Source: Pseudomonas aeruginosa
GTDB taxonomy: Bacteria; Pseudomonadota; Gammaproteobacteria; Pseudomonadales; Pseudomonadaceae
Reading direction: 5' to 3'
DNA: 32,000 bases
Assembly: GCF_001457615.1 (NCBI RefSeq)
Contig: NZ_LN831024.1
Location: forward strand, 4,890,001-4,922,000
The translations under genes were made by a program, and so were the position numbers. This document shows, one piece after another, positions 16,605 through 25,720 of this stretch. Position 1 is the stretch's first letter, and every line of letters starts with the position of its first letter. Below the pieces are notes generated by a model, which was not told the DNA's origin, did no database searches, and was given only the letters and a program-made list of their open reading frames with translations.

Positions 16605-18089
16605 CTAGTCGATGCCCCCTGGAGCCTCGAGCATCGCCGGCGGACGGCGGCTGACCCAACGGGTCAGGCCCTCGTGGGCATGGGCCAGTTGCAGCACCGC
16701 CAGGTCGGCCTGCGCCGGGCCGATTATCTGCAATCCCATCGGCAGGCCCGCCGCGCCGAAGCCGATCGGTACGCTGATCGCCGGCAAACCGGCCAGGGTC
16801 GGGCCGATCACCACCTCCATCCAGCGGTGATAGGTGTCCATCGGCCGCCCGGCGACCTGCCGCGGCCACGCCGTTTCTGCATCGAAAGGAAACACCTGGG
16901 CGCTGGGCAGCAAGAGGAAATCGTAACGTTCGAACAGACGCGCCAGCGCCCGATACCAGTCGCTGCGATCCAGCGAGGCGCGATAGACCTCGGTGGCGCC
17001 GAGGCCGAGCCCGGACTCCACTTCCCACTGCGCCTCCGGCTTGAGCCGGACGCGCCGTGCGGGATCGGCGTAAAGCTCGCCAAGCGAGCCCTGCACCAGC
17101 CACTGGCGATGGACCAGCCAGGTGCGCCACAGGCGCTCCAGGGGATAGTCCGGCAGGCACGCCTCGACGTCGCAGCCCAGCTCGGCGAAATCGCCCAGCG
17201 CGGCTTCGCAAAGCTCCAGCACGCCCTCCTCCATCGGCAGGTAGCCGGCGTAGTCGCCGAGCCAGCCGAGCCGGGCTCCGCGGAAATCGCGCCCGAGGTC
17301 GTCGGCGAACCTGCGCGGATCGTCGCGCAACGACAGCGGACAGCGCGGATCGTAGCCGGCCTGGGTGGCCAGCAGCCGGGCCAGGTCCGCCACGCTGCGC
17401 CCCATCGGGCCTTCGGTGGCCAGTTGCTGGACGAACAGTTCCGCTTGCGGGCCGTGCGGCACCCGTCCCTGGGACGGGCGGAAGCCGTAGACGTTGTTGT
17501 AGGCGGCGGGGTTGCGCAGCGAACCCATCATGTCGCTGCCGTCGGCCACCGGCAGCATGCGCAGCGCCAGCGCCACCGCCGCCCCACCGCTGCTGCCGCC
17601 GGCGATCCGCGCCGGATCGTAGGCATTGCGGGTGGTGCCGAACAGCGGGTTGTAGGTCTGCGAGCCGAGCCCGAACTCCGGTACGTTGGTCTTGCCGATG
17701 ACGATCGCACCGCTGCTCTTCACCCGCTCGACGACGATGGCGTCGTGCTCCGGCACCTGCCCGGCGAACAGCGGCGAACCCAGGGTGGTAGGAATGCCGG
17801 AGGTGGCGGCGAGGTCCTTGATCGCCTGCGGCATGCCGTGCATCCAGCCCAGCCATTCGCCGCGCGCCAGTTGCCGGTCGCGCTCGTCGGCCTGGGCGAG
17901 CAGGCGGCTTTCCGCCTGCAGCGAGACGATGGCGTTGACCCGCGGGTTGAACCGTTCGATCTGCGCCAGGTAGGCCTGCATGACCTCGCGGCAGGACAGT
18001 TCGCGTCGGCGGATCGCCGCGGACAGCGGCAGCGCGTCAAGCGCGACGATTTCCTCGTGGCCGTCGCTTCGATGGCGGGTGGCGCTCAT
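16605..18089 (-). CDS. Amidase (amidase signature family)
   Basis: Gly/Ser-rich catalytic motif: GMPQAIKDLAATSGIPTTLGSPLFAG...GKTNVPEFGLGSQTYNPLFGTTRNAYDPARIAGGSSGGAAVALALRM. Confidence 0.93.
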   Translation of the reverse strand: MSATRHRSDGHEEIVALDALPLSAAIRRRELSCREVMQAYLAQIERFNPRVNAIVSLQAESRLLAQADERDRQLARGEWLGWMHGMPQAIKDLAATSGIPTTLGSPLFAGQVPEHDAIVVERVKSSGAIVIGKTNVPEFGLGSQTYNPLFGTTRNAYDPARIAGGSSGGAAVALALRMLPVADGSDMMGSLRNPAAYNNVYGFRPSQGRVPHGPQAELFVQQLATEGPMGRSVADLARLLATQAGYDPRCPLSLRDDPRRFADDLGRDFRGARLGWLGDYAGYLPMEEGVLELCEAALGDFAELGCDVEACLPDYPLERLWRTWLVHRQWLVQGSLGELYADPARRVRLKPEAQWEVESGLGLGATEVYRASLDRSDWYRALARLFERYDFLLLPSAQVFPFDAETAWPRQVAGRPMDTYHRWMEVVIGPTLAGLPAISVPIGFGAAGLPMGLQIIGPAQADLAVLQLAHAHEGLTRWVSRRPPAMLEAPGGID

Positions 18090-19409
18090 TCACAGACTCC
18101 TTGCCGGCTTGCCCAGGGCCGGTTCACGGGGGCGCGGGGCGGGCGTCGCGCCCTCCCGCAGATAGAGGGTGGCGAGCAGCCCGAGGAAGGCCGCGCCGAG
18201 CACGTAGAACGCCGGCGCCACTGGCGAGCCGCCGACCTCGGTGAGCCAGGTGACGATGAACGGAGCGAAACCGCCGAACAGCATCACCGCCAGGTTATAC
18301 GCCACCGCCAGGCCGGTGGAACGCACCCGCACCGGAAACTGCTCGGCCACCGCGGTCGGCGCCGGGCCGAAGAAGCCGCCGATCGCCGTGCACAGCAACA
18401 GTTGCATCAGCAGCAGGCGCCCCAGGCTCGGCGCCGCGGCGACCCAGGCGAACAGCGGATAGACCATGAGCATGAAGGCCAGGGTCGCGACCAGCAGCAC
18501 CGGGCGCCGCCCGACCCGGTCGGAGAGTCCCCCAGCCAACGGGATCACCAGGGTCATCAGCGCCACCGCAGCCATCTGCACCATGAACACCTCGTCCAGC
18601 GGCAGGCCCAACTGCTTGTGGGCGAAGGTCGGCATATTCACCAGCACCACGTAGAAGGACACCGTGCCGATCACCGTCAGGCCCATGCTCACCAGCACGC
18701 TGCGCCGGTATTCGCGCAGCACGCCGAGCAGCCCCTGGCGCTCGCCGGGCTCCCGGATGGCTTCGAGGAAGGCCTCGGTCTCGCCCATGTAGCGGCGGAT
18801 CCACAATCCCACCGGACCGATCAGCAGACCGAACAGGAACGGCACCCGCCAGCCCCAGCTCTCCAGGGCCTCGGCGTCCAGGCAATGGGTGACCAGCGCG
18901 CCCATCCCCGCACCGGCGAACACCGCCAGGCACTGGCCGAACAATTGCCAGGAACCGTAGAGACCGCGCCGGTGCGGCGGCGCGCTTTCCACCAGGAAAG
19001 CCGTGGCGCTGGCGTACTCGCCGCCGGTGGCGAAACCCTGCAGCATTCGCGCGATCACGATCAGCAACGGTGCGCCGACGCCGATCGCCGCGTAGGTCGG
19101 GGCGAAGGCGATCATCGCGATGGACAGCGTCATCAGCAGGATGATCAGTTGCATCGCCGCCTTGCGTCCCCTGCGGTCGGCATACAGGCCGAGCAGGACC
19201 CCACCGACCGGACGCATGAAGAAACCGACACCGAAGGTGGCCAGGGCCATCAACAGCGAGGTGTACTCGTCGCCGGAAGGGAAGAACAGCCTGGCGATCA
19301 GGCTGGAAAGGAAGCCGTAGACGATGAAGTCGTACCACTCCAGGGCGTTGCCGATCACGGCAGCCGCCACCTGGCGGGTACGCGAGGTACCGCTCGGGCA
19401 AGCGTGCAT
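18090..19409 (-). CDS. MFS transporter, metabolite:H+ symporter (ProP/KgtP-like)
   Basis: VIGNALEWYDFIVYGFLSSLIARLFFPSGDEYTSLLMALATFGVGFFMRPVGGVLLGLYADRRGRKAAM; GFATGGEYASATAFLVE. Stop is immediately followed by the amidase ATG (TGAATG). Confidence 0.92.
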   Translation of the reverse strand: MHACPSGTSRTRQVAAAVIGNALEWYDFIVYGFLSSLIARLFFPSGDEYTSLLMALATFGVGFFMRPVGGVLLGLYADRRGRKAAMQLIILLMTLSIAMIAFAPTYAAIGVGAPLLIVIARMLQGFATGGEYASATAFLVESAPPHRRGLYGSWQLFGQCLAVFAGAGMGALVTHCLDAEALESWGWRVPFLFGLLIGPVGLWIRRYMGETEAFLEAIREPGERQGLLGVLREYRRSVLVSMGLTVIGTVSFYVVLVNMPTFAHKQLGLPLDEVFMVQMAAVALMTLVIPLAGGLSDRVGRRPVLLVATLAFMLMVYPLFAWVAAAPSLGRLLLMQLLLCTAIGGFFGPAPTAVAEQFPVRVRSTGLAVAYNLAVMLFGGFAPFIVTWLTEVGGSPVAPAFYVLGAAFLGLLATLYLREGATPAPRPREPALGKPARSL

Positions 19410-19471
19410 GGGAATCTCCTGGTAACCGGGGAATGCCGGCGCGGCTCAGGCCGCGCCGTTATTGGCGGCAG

Positions 19472-20665
19472 TCAGTCGAAGGCCGGACGCCGCGGGGCGG
19501 CCAGCCAGGTCTCGGCGAGCGCGCCCCAATAGGCCGCGCCCCGGACCAGGATGTCGTCGTTGAAGTCATAGGCCGGGTTGTGCACCATCGGCCGTCCTCT
19601 GCCGTTGCCGATGAACAGGTAGCTGCCGGGGCAGCGCTGTAGCATCCAGGCGAAGTCCTCGCTGCCCATCAGCTTCGGCGTGTCGCCGTCGACCTGCTCC
19701 GCGCCGGCCAGCTCGACCCCGACCTGGCGGGCGAACTCGGTTTCCTCGACGCTGTTGACCAGCACCGGATAGGCCGGGTAGTGCTCGATGCTGGCCTGGC
19801 ACCCATAGCTGGCGGCCTGCAACTCGATGATCTGGCGAACCCGCTGCAGCACCTGCTCGCGCACCTGGCCGTCGAGCGCCCGCAGGCTCAGGCGCAGCAC
19901 GGCGCGCTGGGGTATGACGTTGGCCGCCTCGCCGGCCTGCAATGCGCCGACCGTGACCACCGCGGCCTTCTGCGGATCGACGTTGCGCGCCACCACGCTC
20001 TGCAGGGCCATCACCGCGCTCGACGCGGCGAGCAACGGATCGACGCTCAGGTGCGGCATCGAACCGTGTCCACCGACGCCCTCCAGGGTGACGCTCAGCA
20101 GGTCCTGGGAAGCCATCATCGGTCCCGCGCGGAAGCCCAGGTGCCCGGCCTCCAGTCCCGGCATGTTGTGCATGCCGAACAGCGCATCGCAGGGAAAGCG
20201 CTCCAGCAGCCCGTCGGCGAGCATCGCCTCGGCGCCGCCCTGGCCTTCCTCGGCGGGCTGGAAGATCAGTACCAGGGTGCCGTCGAAACGCCGCGTCGCC
20301 GCCAGGTAGCGTGCCGCGCCGAGCAGCATCGCGGTGTGTCCGTCGTGGCCGCAGGCGTGCATGCGCCCGCCGTGGCAGCTGCTGTAGCCGAGCCCCGTGG
20401 CCTCGACGATCGGCAGCGCATCCATGTCCGCCCGCAGGCCGAGCCGCCGCGTACCGTCGCCCTGGCGGAGGACGCCGACCACGCCGGTGCGGCCGATCCC
20501 TTCGTGCACTTCGTAGCCCCAGCCGCGCAGGCATTCGGCGACCAGCGCGGCGGTGCGTCGCTCCTCGAAGCCCAGTTCGGGATGGGCGTGGATGTCCTGG
20601 CGCAGGCTACGCAGGTCGTCGGCGACCTCCTCGAGCCAGGCCACGATGTGTCGATGTCGAGCCAT
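19472..20665 (-). CDS. M20-family metallopeptidase/amidohydrolase (hippurate hydrolase-like)
   Basis: DIHAHPELGFEERRTAALVAE, GLRADMDALPIVE, GRMHACGHDGHTAMLLGAARYL, LIFQPAEEGQGGAEAML, LMGSEDFAWML. Confidence 0.93.
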   Translation of the reverse strand: MARHRHIVAWLEEVADDLRSLRQDIHAHPELGFEERRTAALVAECLRGWGYEVHEGIGRTGVVGVLRQGDGTRRLGLRADMDALPIVEATGLGYSSCHGGRMHACGHDGHTAMLLGAARYLAATRRFDGTLVLIFQPAEEGQGGAEAMLADGLLERFPCDALFGMHNMPGLEAGHLGFRAGPMMASQDLLSVTLEGVGGHGSMPHLSVDPLLAASSAVMALQSVVARNVDPQKAAVVTVGALQAGEAANVIPQRAVLRLSLRALDGQVREQVLQRVRQIIELQAASYGCQASIEHYPAYPVLVNSVEETEFARQVGVELAGAEQVDGDTPKLMGSEDFAWMLQRCPGSYLFIGNGRGRPMVHNPAYDFNDDILVRGAAYWGALAETWLAAPRRPAFD

Positions 20666-20829
20666 GCCGTCTCTCCTCTGGCCGGATTGCGCTCCGGTCT
20701 TGTTGGCGGGAGGCCCGGACGCAAGGCCGGCCGGGCGTGGTCACAGCTAAGCGCGGCACGCGGCGAAGGACAACGGAAGGCGGTTCCACTGGGTGGAACC
20801 CAAGGCCCGCGCCGCCCTCCGCCGGTACG

Positions 20830-21420
20830 TCAGAACTGTTCCGGCGGCACTTCGCGGAAGTTCAGCACGGCGAACACCGGTACCTCGGGAGTGATCGAGG
20901 GAATATTGGCCATCTCCTTCAAGGGCTTGAGCTTCTCTTCCAGGTCGAAGTCGAGCAGCTTCAGCAGCACCGGCTCCAGGGTCGCCACCTGGACCAGCCC
21001 TTCGCCCTGGCGGGTGACCAGCACGTCGGCCTTCAGGCGGCGCTGCTGGCCGTGCAGGTCGAGGGTGAAGTCGAGCTTCTCGACCCGCGACTGGCCGACC
21101 CGCAGGTCGTCGAAGCCGGCCATGTCCAGGCGGCTCTCCACGGTGGCCTCGGGGAAGCGCGAGGTTTCGAAGAAGTTGTCCTTCATTCGCTCGTCGCGCA
21201 GGGCCAGGCCGCTGTCCAGGGTGCCCAGCGGCACCACGATGCGCGCGACGCCCTGCTTGTCGATCTGGCCGCTGAGACGATCGAAGCGCTGCACCTCGGC
21301 CATCTTCGCGCGTTTCACGGAAACGAAGCTGATCCGCGAGTAATCCGGCTCCAGTTGCCATTCCGCCGCCGACAGCAGAGGGCTGAGGAGCAACAACAGG
21401 ACACACAATACAACAGGCAT
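20830..21420 (-). CDS. YceI family protein (second paralog in window)
   Basis: MPVVLCVLLLLLSPLLSAAEWQLEPDYSRISFVSVKRAKMAEVQRFDRLSGQIDKQGVARIVVPLGTLDSGLALRDERMKDNFFETSRFPEA; signal peptide present. Confidence 0.88.
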   Translation of the reverse strand: MPVVLCVLLLLLSPLLSAAEWQLEPDYSRISFVSVKRAKMAEVQRFDRLSGQIDKQGVARIVVPLGTLDSGLALRDERMKDNFFETSRFPEATVESRLDMAGFDDLRVGQSRVEKLDFTLDLHGQQRRLKADVLVTRQGEGLVQVATLEPVLLKLLDFDLEEKLKPLKEMANIPSITPEVPVFAVLNFREVPPEQF

Positions 21421-21480
21421 TCCACCTCCGGCTTCGGGCCGGCGCCGTCCCTCGCCCCGCGCCCCGACATGCGCCGCCGG

Positions 21481-21816
21481 TCAGTCCGGCAGCCTGTCCG
21501 CCTCGGGCATGAGCCGGCATCCCTCGCGCGGGCCCAGCCAGGCGGCCGTCTGCGTACTGCCGAAGCCGCGGGCGGTCACCCGGCGGCGGGCTTCGTCGTC
21601 GAAGAAGCCGCTGATCGGCACGTACTGTTGGGTATAGGCCCGGCAATAGTCCGCGGAGTTCCCCATCACGTAGCGGCAGGAGCAGTACTCCTTGGCCGTG
21701 TAGGCGCCGATGATGGCGGGAAAGGCCGCCAGGTGGATGCGGTTCTGCCAGGCCCACGCGAGGGCAGCGAGCAGCCCCAGGACGAACAGGAAGAGCAAGG
21801 GATGGCGACGGATCAT
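21481..21816 (-). CDS. Small Cys-containing, signal-anchored protein (amidase-family accessory-like, function unknown)
   Basis: MIRRHPLLFLFVLGLLAALAWAWQNRIHLAAFPAIIGAYTAKEYCSCRYVMGNSADYCRAYTQQYVPISGFF...; 111 aa; ATG overlaps the upstream gene's stop (ATGA, 21813-21816). Confidence 0.8.
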   Translation of the reverse strand: MIRRHPLLFLFVLGLLAALAWAWQNRIHLAAFPAIIGAYTAKEYCSCRYVMGNSADYCRAYTQQYVPISGFFDDEARRRVTARGFGSTQTAAWLGPREGCRLMPEADRLPD

Positions 21817-22928
21817 GGCCGCGCCTCCCCGGCGAACGCCGCCTGTGCCAGGCGCAGGAATTCGTTGTGGCGGAAACGCCCGTCGCGGTCGTCGGCGTAG
21901 CGCACGATCACCAGCTTCTCCTCGGGCAGCACGTAGAGCGCCTGGCCCCAGTGGCCGAGCGCGGCGAAGGCGGTCTCGGCGACGTCCGGCCAGGGCGCCG
22001 GCGCGCCTTTCACCGCACGGTTCAACCACCACTGGCCGCCCGGCACCGCCTCGCCCTCCTCTTCCGCGCTCGGCCGGTAGCGGGCGAAGGGCGTCAGGTT
22101 GAACTCGACCCATGCCAGCGGCAGCAGTTGCCGCTCGCGCCAGCGCCCGTGGCGCTGCATCAGCAGGCCGACGCGCGCCAGGTCGCGGGCGCTCATGTAG
22201 ACGTACGACGAGCCGACGAACGTGCCGGCGGCGTCTCGCTCCCATACCGCCGAACGGATGCCCAGCGGCTCGAACAGCGCGCGCCAGGGGTACTCGGCAT
22301 AGTCCGCGCCGAGCATGCCGTGGAGGGCCGCCGCCAGCACGTTGCTGTCGCCGCTGGAGTAGCGGAAACGCCGGCCCGGCGGCCGGGCCTGCGGGGTTTC
22401 GGCGACGAAGCCGGCCATGTCGTCACGCCCACGGGTGTAGAGCATCGCCACCACGGAGGATTTCAATGGCGCGAACTCGTAGTCCTCCTGCCAGTCCAGC
22501 CCGGAAGACCAGTTCAGCAGGTGGCGCAACGTCACCTCGGGATGACGGGCGAACGGCGGGTAGTAGCGCGCCACCGGGTCGTCGAGCTGGAAGCGCCCTT
22601 CGCCCTCGGCGACGCCAAGCAGCGTGGCGAGCAGGCTCTTGCTCACCGACCAGGTAAGGTGCGGGGTCTCTGCACGGCTCGGGCCGGCGTAGCGCTCATA
22701 GACCAGACGACCGTCGCGGATCACCACTACCGCGTCGGTGCGGATGCCTTTGCGACGAACATCGTCGCGACGACCGAAGGCATAGCGCTCGAATGCCTCC
22801 AGCGCCGGCCCCGCGGGCTGTTGGGCACGGGGCCAGTCGGTGTCGGGCCAGTCTTCGGCCAGGGCAGGGAGGGCGAATACCAGGGCCAGCGCGGCGAGGG
22901 CGCGGCGGGACAACGGCAAAGCGGGCAT
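21813..22928 (-). CDS. Serine hydrolase, beta-lactamase/class C-like fold
   Basis: Signal peptide; HLTWSVSKSLLATLLGVAEGEGRF (SxSK = SVSK motif), RYSSGDSNVLAAALHG (YSSGDSN), GHWGQALYVLPEEKLVIVRYADD. Confidence 0.9.
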   Translation of the reverse strand: MPALPLSRRALAALALVFALPALAEDWPDTDWPRAQQPAGPALEAFERYAFGRRDDVRRKGIRTDAVVVIRDGRLVYERYAGPSRAETPHLTWSVSKSLLATLLGVAEGEGRFQLDDPVARYYPPFARHPEVTLRHLLNWSSGLDWQEDYEFAPLKSSVVAMLYTRGRDDMAGFVAETPQARPPGRRFRYSSGDSNVLAAALHGMLGADYAEYPWRALFEPLGIRSAVWERDAAGTFVGSSYVYMSARDLARVGLLMQRHGRWRERQLLPLAWVEFNLTPFARYRPSAEEEGEAVPGGQWWLNRAVKGAPAPWPDVAETAFAALGHWGQALYVLPEEKLVIVRYADDRDGRFRHNEFLRLAQAAFAGEARP

Positions 22929-22995
22929 CGGCGGGCCCTCTCGACGGTCGAGGGGCAACCCTAGCATGGCCTCGATGACGCCAGGAAGCGCGGAC

Positions 22996-23781
22996 TCAGC
23001 CTGGCATGCGGTAGTCGTCCGGGCCGAGCAGGTCGATGCCGCACTCGAGGTTCTCGATCCAGTAGAGGAAGGCGCTGATCATTTCCTTGCCGACGAAGGG
23101 CCGCCCGTGTTGCGGCACGATCATCTCCACATCCATGTCCCGGACCATCCGCGCCCACAGGCGGCAGATCTTGTTCGCCGCCATGTAGCGGCGATGGAAT
23201 CCGTCCATGTACTGGATATGCGCGGCGAAATCGCTGACCGGCGCCGCGTCGTCCACCAGCGAGGCGCCCATATCGCCCGAGAAAAGGATCTTGCTCACCG
23301 GGTCGTAGAGCTGGAAGTTGCCCACCGAATGCAGGAAATGCGCGGGGATCGCCTTCAACGAGCAGTCGCCGAGAGCGATCGCCTGGCCGCGGTCGGGCAA
23401 CGGCATGACCCGGTCGTAGGTGTTGATGCCATGGCTGACCGCCAGGTAGTTGGCCGTCAGGTGCGGCAGGAAGCGCGCCCACAGCTTGGAGCAGATCACC
23501 CGGGCGCGGGTGTGCAGCAGCCACTTGTCGAGGGCGGCGATGATGTCCGGGTCCTGGTGCGAAGCGAAGATGTAGTCCAGCTCCTGCAGCGGAAAGCGTT
23601 TCGACAATTCCAGCGAGAGCGGCGTGTAGGTCAGGTCGCCGCCGGGATCGAGCAGCAGGTACTGGCCGTTGTCGACGATCAGGAACTGGTTGGACTGGAC
23701 CCCTTCGCCGCTGACGAGGTCATCGAAACACAGGCACTGGTGGCTGCCGTTGTCGAACAGCACGATCGGTTCGCGTCGCAT
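22996..23781 (-). CDS. Metallo-beta-lactamase-fold protein of the ODP/flavodiiron-like type
   Basis: GVQSNQFLIVDNGQYLLLDPGGDLTYTPL; IFASHQDPDIIAALDKWL; PAHFLHSVGNFQLYDPVSKILFSGDMGASL; MDVEMIVPQHGRPF. Confidence 0.85.
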   Translation of the reverse strand: MRREPIVLFDNGSHQCLCFDDLVSGEGVQSNQFLIVDNGQYLLLDPGGDLTYTPLSLELSKRFPLQELDYIFASHQDPDIIAALDKWLLHTRARVICSKLWARFLPHLTANYLAVSHGINTYDRVMPLPDRGQAIALGDCSLKAIPAHFLHSVGNFQLYDPVSKILFSGDMGASLVDDAAPVSDFAAHIQYMDGFHRRYMAANKICRLWARMVRDMDVEMIVPQHGRPFVGKEMISAFLYWIENLECGIDLLGPDDYRMPG

Positions 23782-23865
23782 GGTCGGTGAAATCTACTCT
23801 GTGCAGGCGCCGAGGAGCATTCCTCGCCGGATGCTGCGCAGGGTAAGCGCCTGCGGCGCGGCGCC

Positions 23866-24762
23866 TCACTGACCTGGGTCAAGCCCGAGGCGGGTCAAGG
23901 CCTTCTCCAGGCGAACTTTGCGGGCCCCGTTGGCAATCGCCAGCAAGCCGCGATCGCGTTGCCACAATGCCTCCCAGGTCGAGGCGTTGGCGGCGAAGGC
24001 GGCATCCAGTTGCCCCTCCAGCGCCGAGAACTGTTCGAACAGCCCAGCCAGTACCGCCTGGGTGCCGACGCAGGCGACCGGATGCCGCGCGACCTCGGCG
24101 CAGCCGCCGAGGATGCCGGCCAGGCGCAGCAGCAGCGGCGAGGGCCAGCCGCATTCATGGCCGACCCCATAGAGCCAGCCGACCAGCGCCGCCAGCACAT
24201 GGACATCCTCCAGCAGGCGGAACGGCCTGACGTAGTCGTCCCAACCATCGCCGGGCAGGCGCTCGCAATGGGCACCGTCGAGCAACAGGCGGGAATGCGG
24301 CACATCCGGCATCAGCGGCAGCGCCGGCAACGCCTCCAGGCGCGCCCCCGGGGCGCCGGCCAGGACCACCGTCATCGACAGTCGCGGCGGCTGCCCCGGA
24401 GCCTCGTCGCGGGCGGCCACCAGCCACCAGGAGGCGCTGTCGCCAGCGGTGACGAAATCCTTTTGTCCATGCAGGACCAGCCCCTCCAGGCGGGTCTGCA
24501 GGTCCGCCGGGCGCACGCTGCGCTTCTCGGTCACGCACAGCGCGCCGAGACCTTCCGGCGCCGCCGGCCAGAGCGCGCGCAGGGCCGCCTGGTAGCCGGC
24601 GAGGAAGGCCAGGCCCGGACTCGCGGCCAATCGTCCGCCGAGCACCGCCCGCTCCAGGGTGCCAAGACCGTCGGCGCGCGCCAGGGCGGCGGCGTGCCAG
24701 TCTTCCAGGGAGCCTTCGGTGGGCAGGCGGTCGAGCGGGCCGAGCAAGCGTTGCCAGGACAT
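23866..24762 (-). CDS. Acyl-CoA dehydrogenase-related protein (divergent)
   Basis: [18 protein letters not shown]...[50 protein letters not shown] resembles the ACAD middle domain (G.K.FVTAG..A.); start CAT at 24760-24762. Confidence 0.65.
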
Positions 24763-24847
24763 GGCGGACTCCAGTGTGGAATGTGTCGGAACCGGCATCC
24801 TGCCGAGGGTGCCAGCGTTGAACAACGGCGCGTTACATCCGGCGACA

Positions 24848-24891
24848 ATGTCATACAAGCATCACGCCCCTGTCACAGGGGTGACACCGCG
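24848..24891 (+). promoter_or_regulatory. Candidate PhoB binding region (11-nt phased half-sites) upstream of olsB
   Basis: aTGTCATacaa | gcaTCAcgccc | CTGTCAcaggg | gTGaCAccgcg at 24848, 24859, 24870 and 24881: 11-nt spacing as in pho boxes, 74-117 nt before the olsB ATG. Confidence 0.5.
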
Positions 24892-24964
24892 CCTTCCTAG
24901 CCTGAGCTTGCACAACAAAGCCGAGCGGCCGCAACCCGCGGCGCCGGCCCAAGGAGGCCCAGGC

Positions 24965-25720
24965 ATGACCCAGACCGCCATTACCCGCGAACCCGTCGCC
25001 GGACGCCGCCTGAAGGCCGAGCGCCTGAACGGCGCCCGCGCCCTGCGCGAGGCCCAGGCCCTGCGCTACCGCGTATTCAGCGCCGAGTTCGACGCCAAGC
25101 TCGAAGGCGCCGAAGACGGCCTCGACCGCGACGACTACGACCGTCACTGCGCGCACATCGGCGTCCGCGACCTCGACAGCGGCGCCCTGGTGGCCACCAC
25201 CCGGCTGCTCGACCATCGCGCCGCCGAACGCCTCGGGCGCTTCTACAGCGAAGAGGAGTTCCACCTCTCCGGCCTCGACGCCCTGCACGGCCCGGTCCTG
25301 GAGATCGGCCGCACCTGCGTCGCTCCCGAATACCGCAACGGCGCCACCATCGCGGTACTCTGGGGCGAACTCGCCGAGGTCCTCAACGAGGGCGGCTACC
25401 GCTACCTGATGGGCTGCGCCAGCATTCCCATGCGCGACGGCGGTATGCAGGCCAAGGCGGTGATGCAGCGGCTGCGCGAACGCTACCTGTGCACCGACTA
25501 CCTGCAGGCCGAGCCGAAGAACCCGCTGCCGCCGCTGGACGTCCCGGAAAACCTCACCGCCGAGCTGCCGCCGCTGCTCAAGGCCTACATGCGCCTGGGC
25601 GCCAAGATCTGCGGCGAGCCTTGCTGGGACCCGGATTTCCAGGTCGCCGACGTGTTCATCCTGCTCAAGCGCGACGAACTCTGCCCGCGCTACGCCCGCC
25701 ACTTCAAGGCAGCGGTCTGA
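24965..25720 (+). CDS. olsB: Ornithine N-acyltransferase OlsB (GNAT-like), first step of ornithine lipid synthesis
   Basis: [43 protein letters not shown]...[28 protein letters not shown]; ATG at 24965 after AAGGAGG; 251 aa. Confidence 0.93.

Noticed and set aside
16593-19532. 979-aa + strand ORF antisense to the amidase and MFS genes
   Set aside because: Shadow ORF from high GC3 content: Arg/Gly/His/Gln-rich, no recognisable domain, and both opposite-strand genes have strong family signatures.
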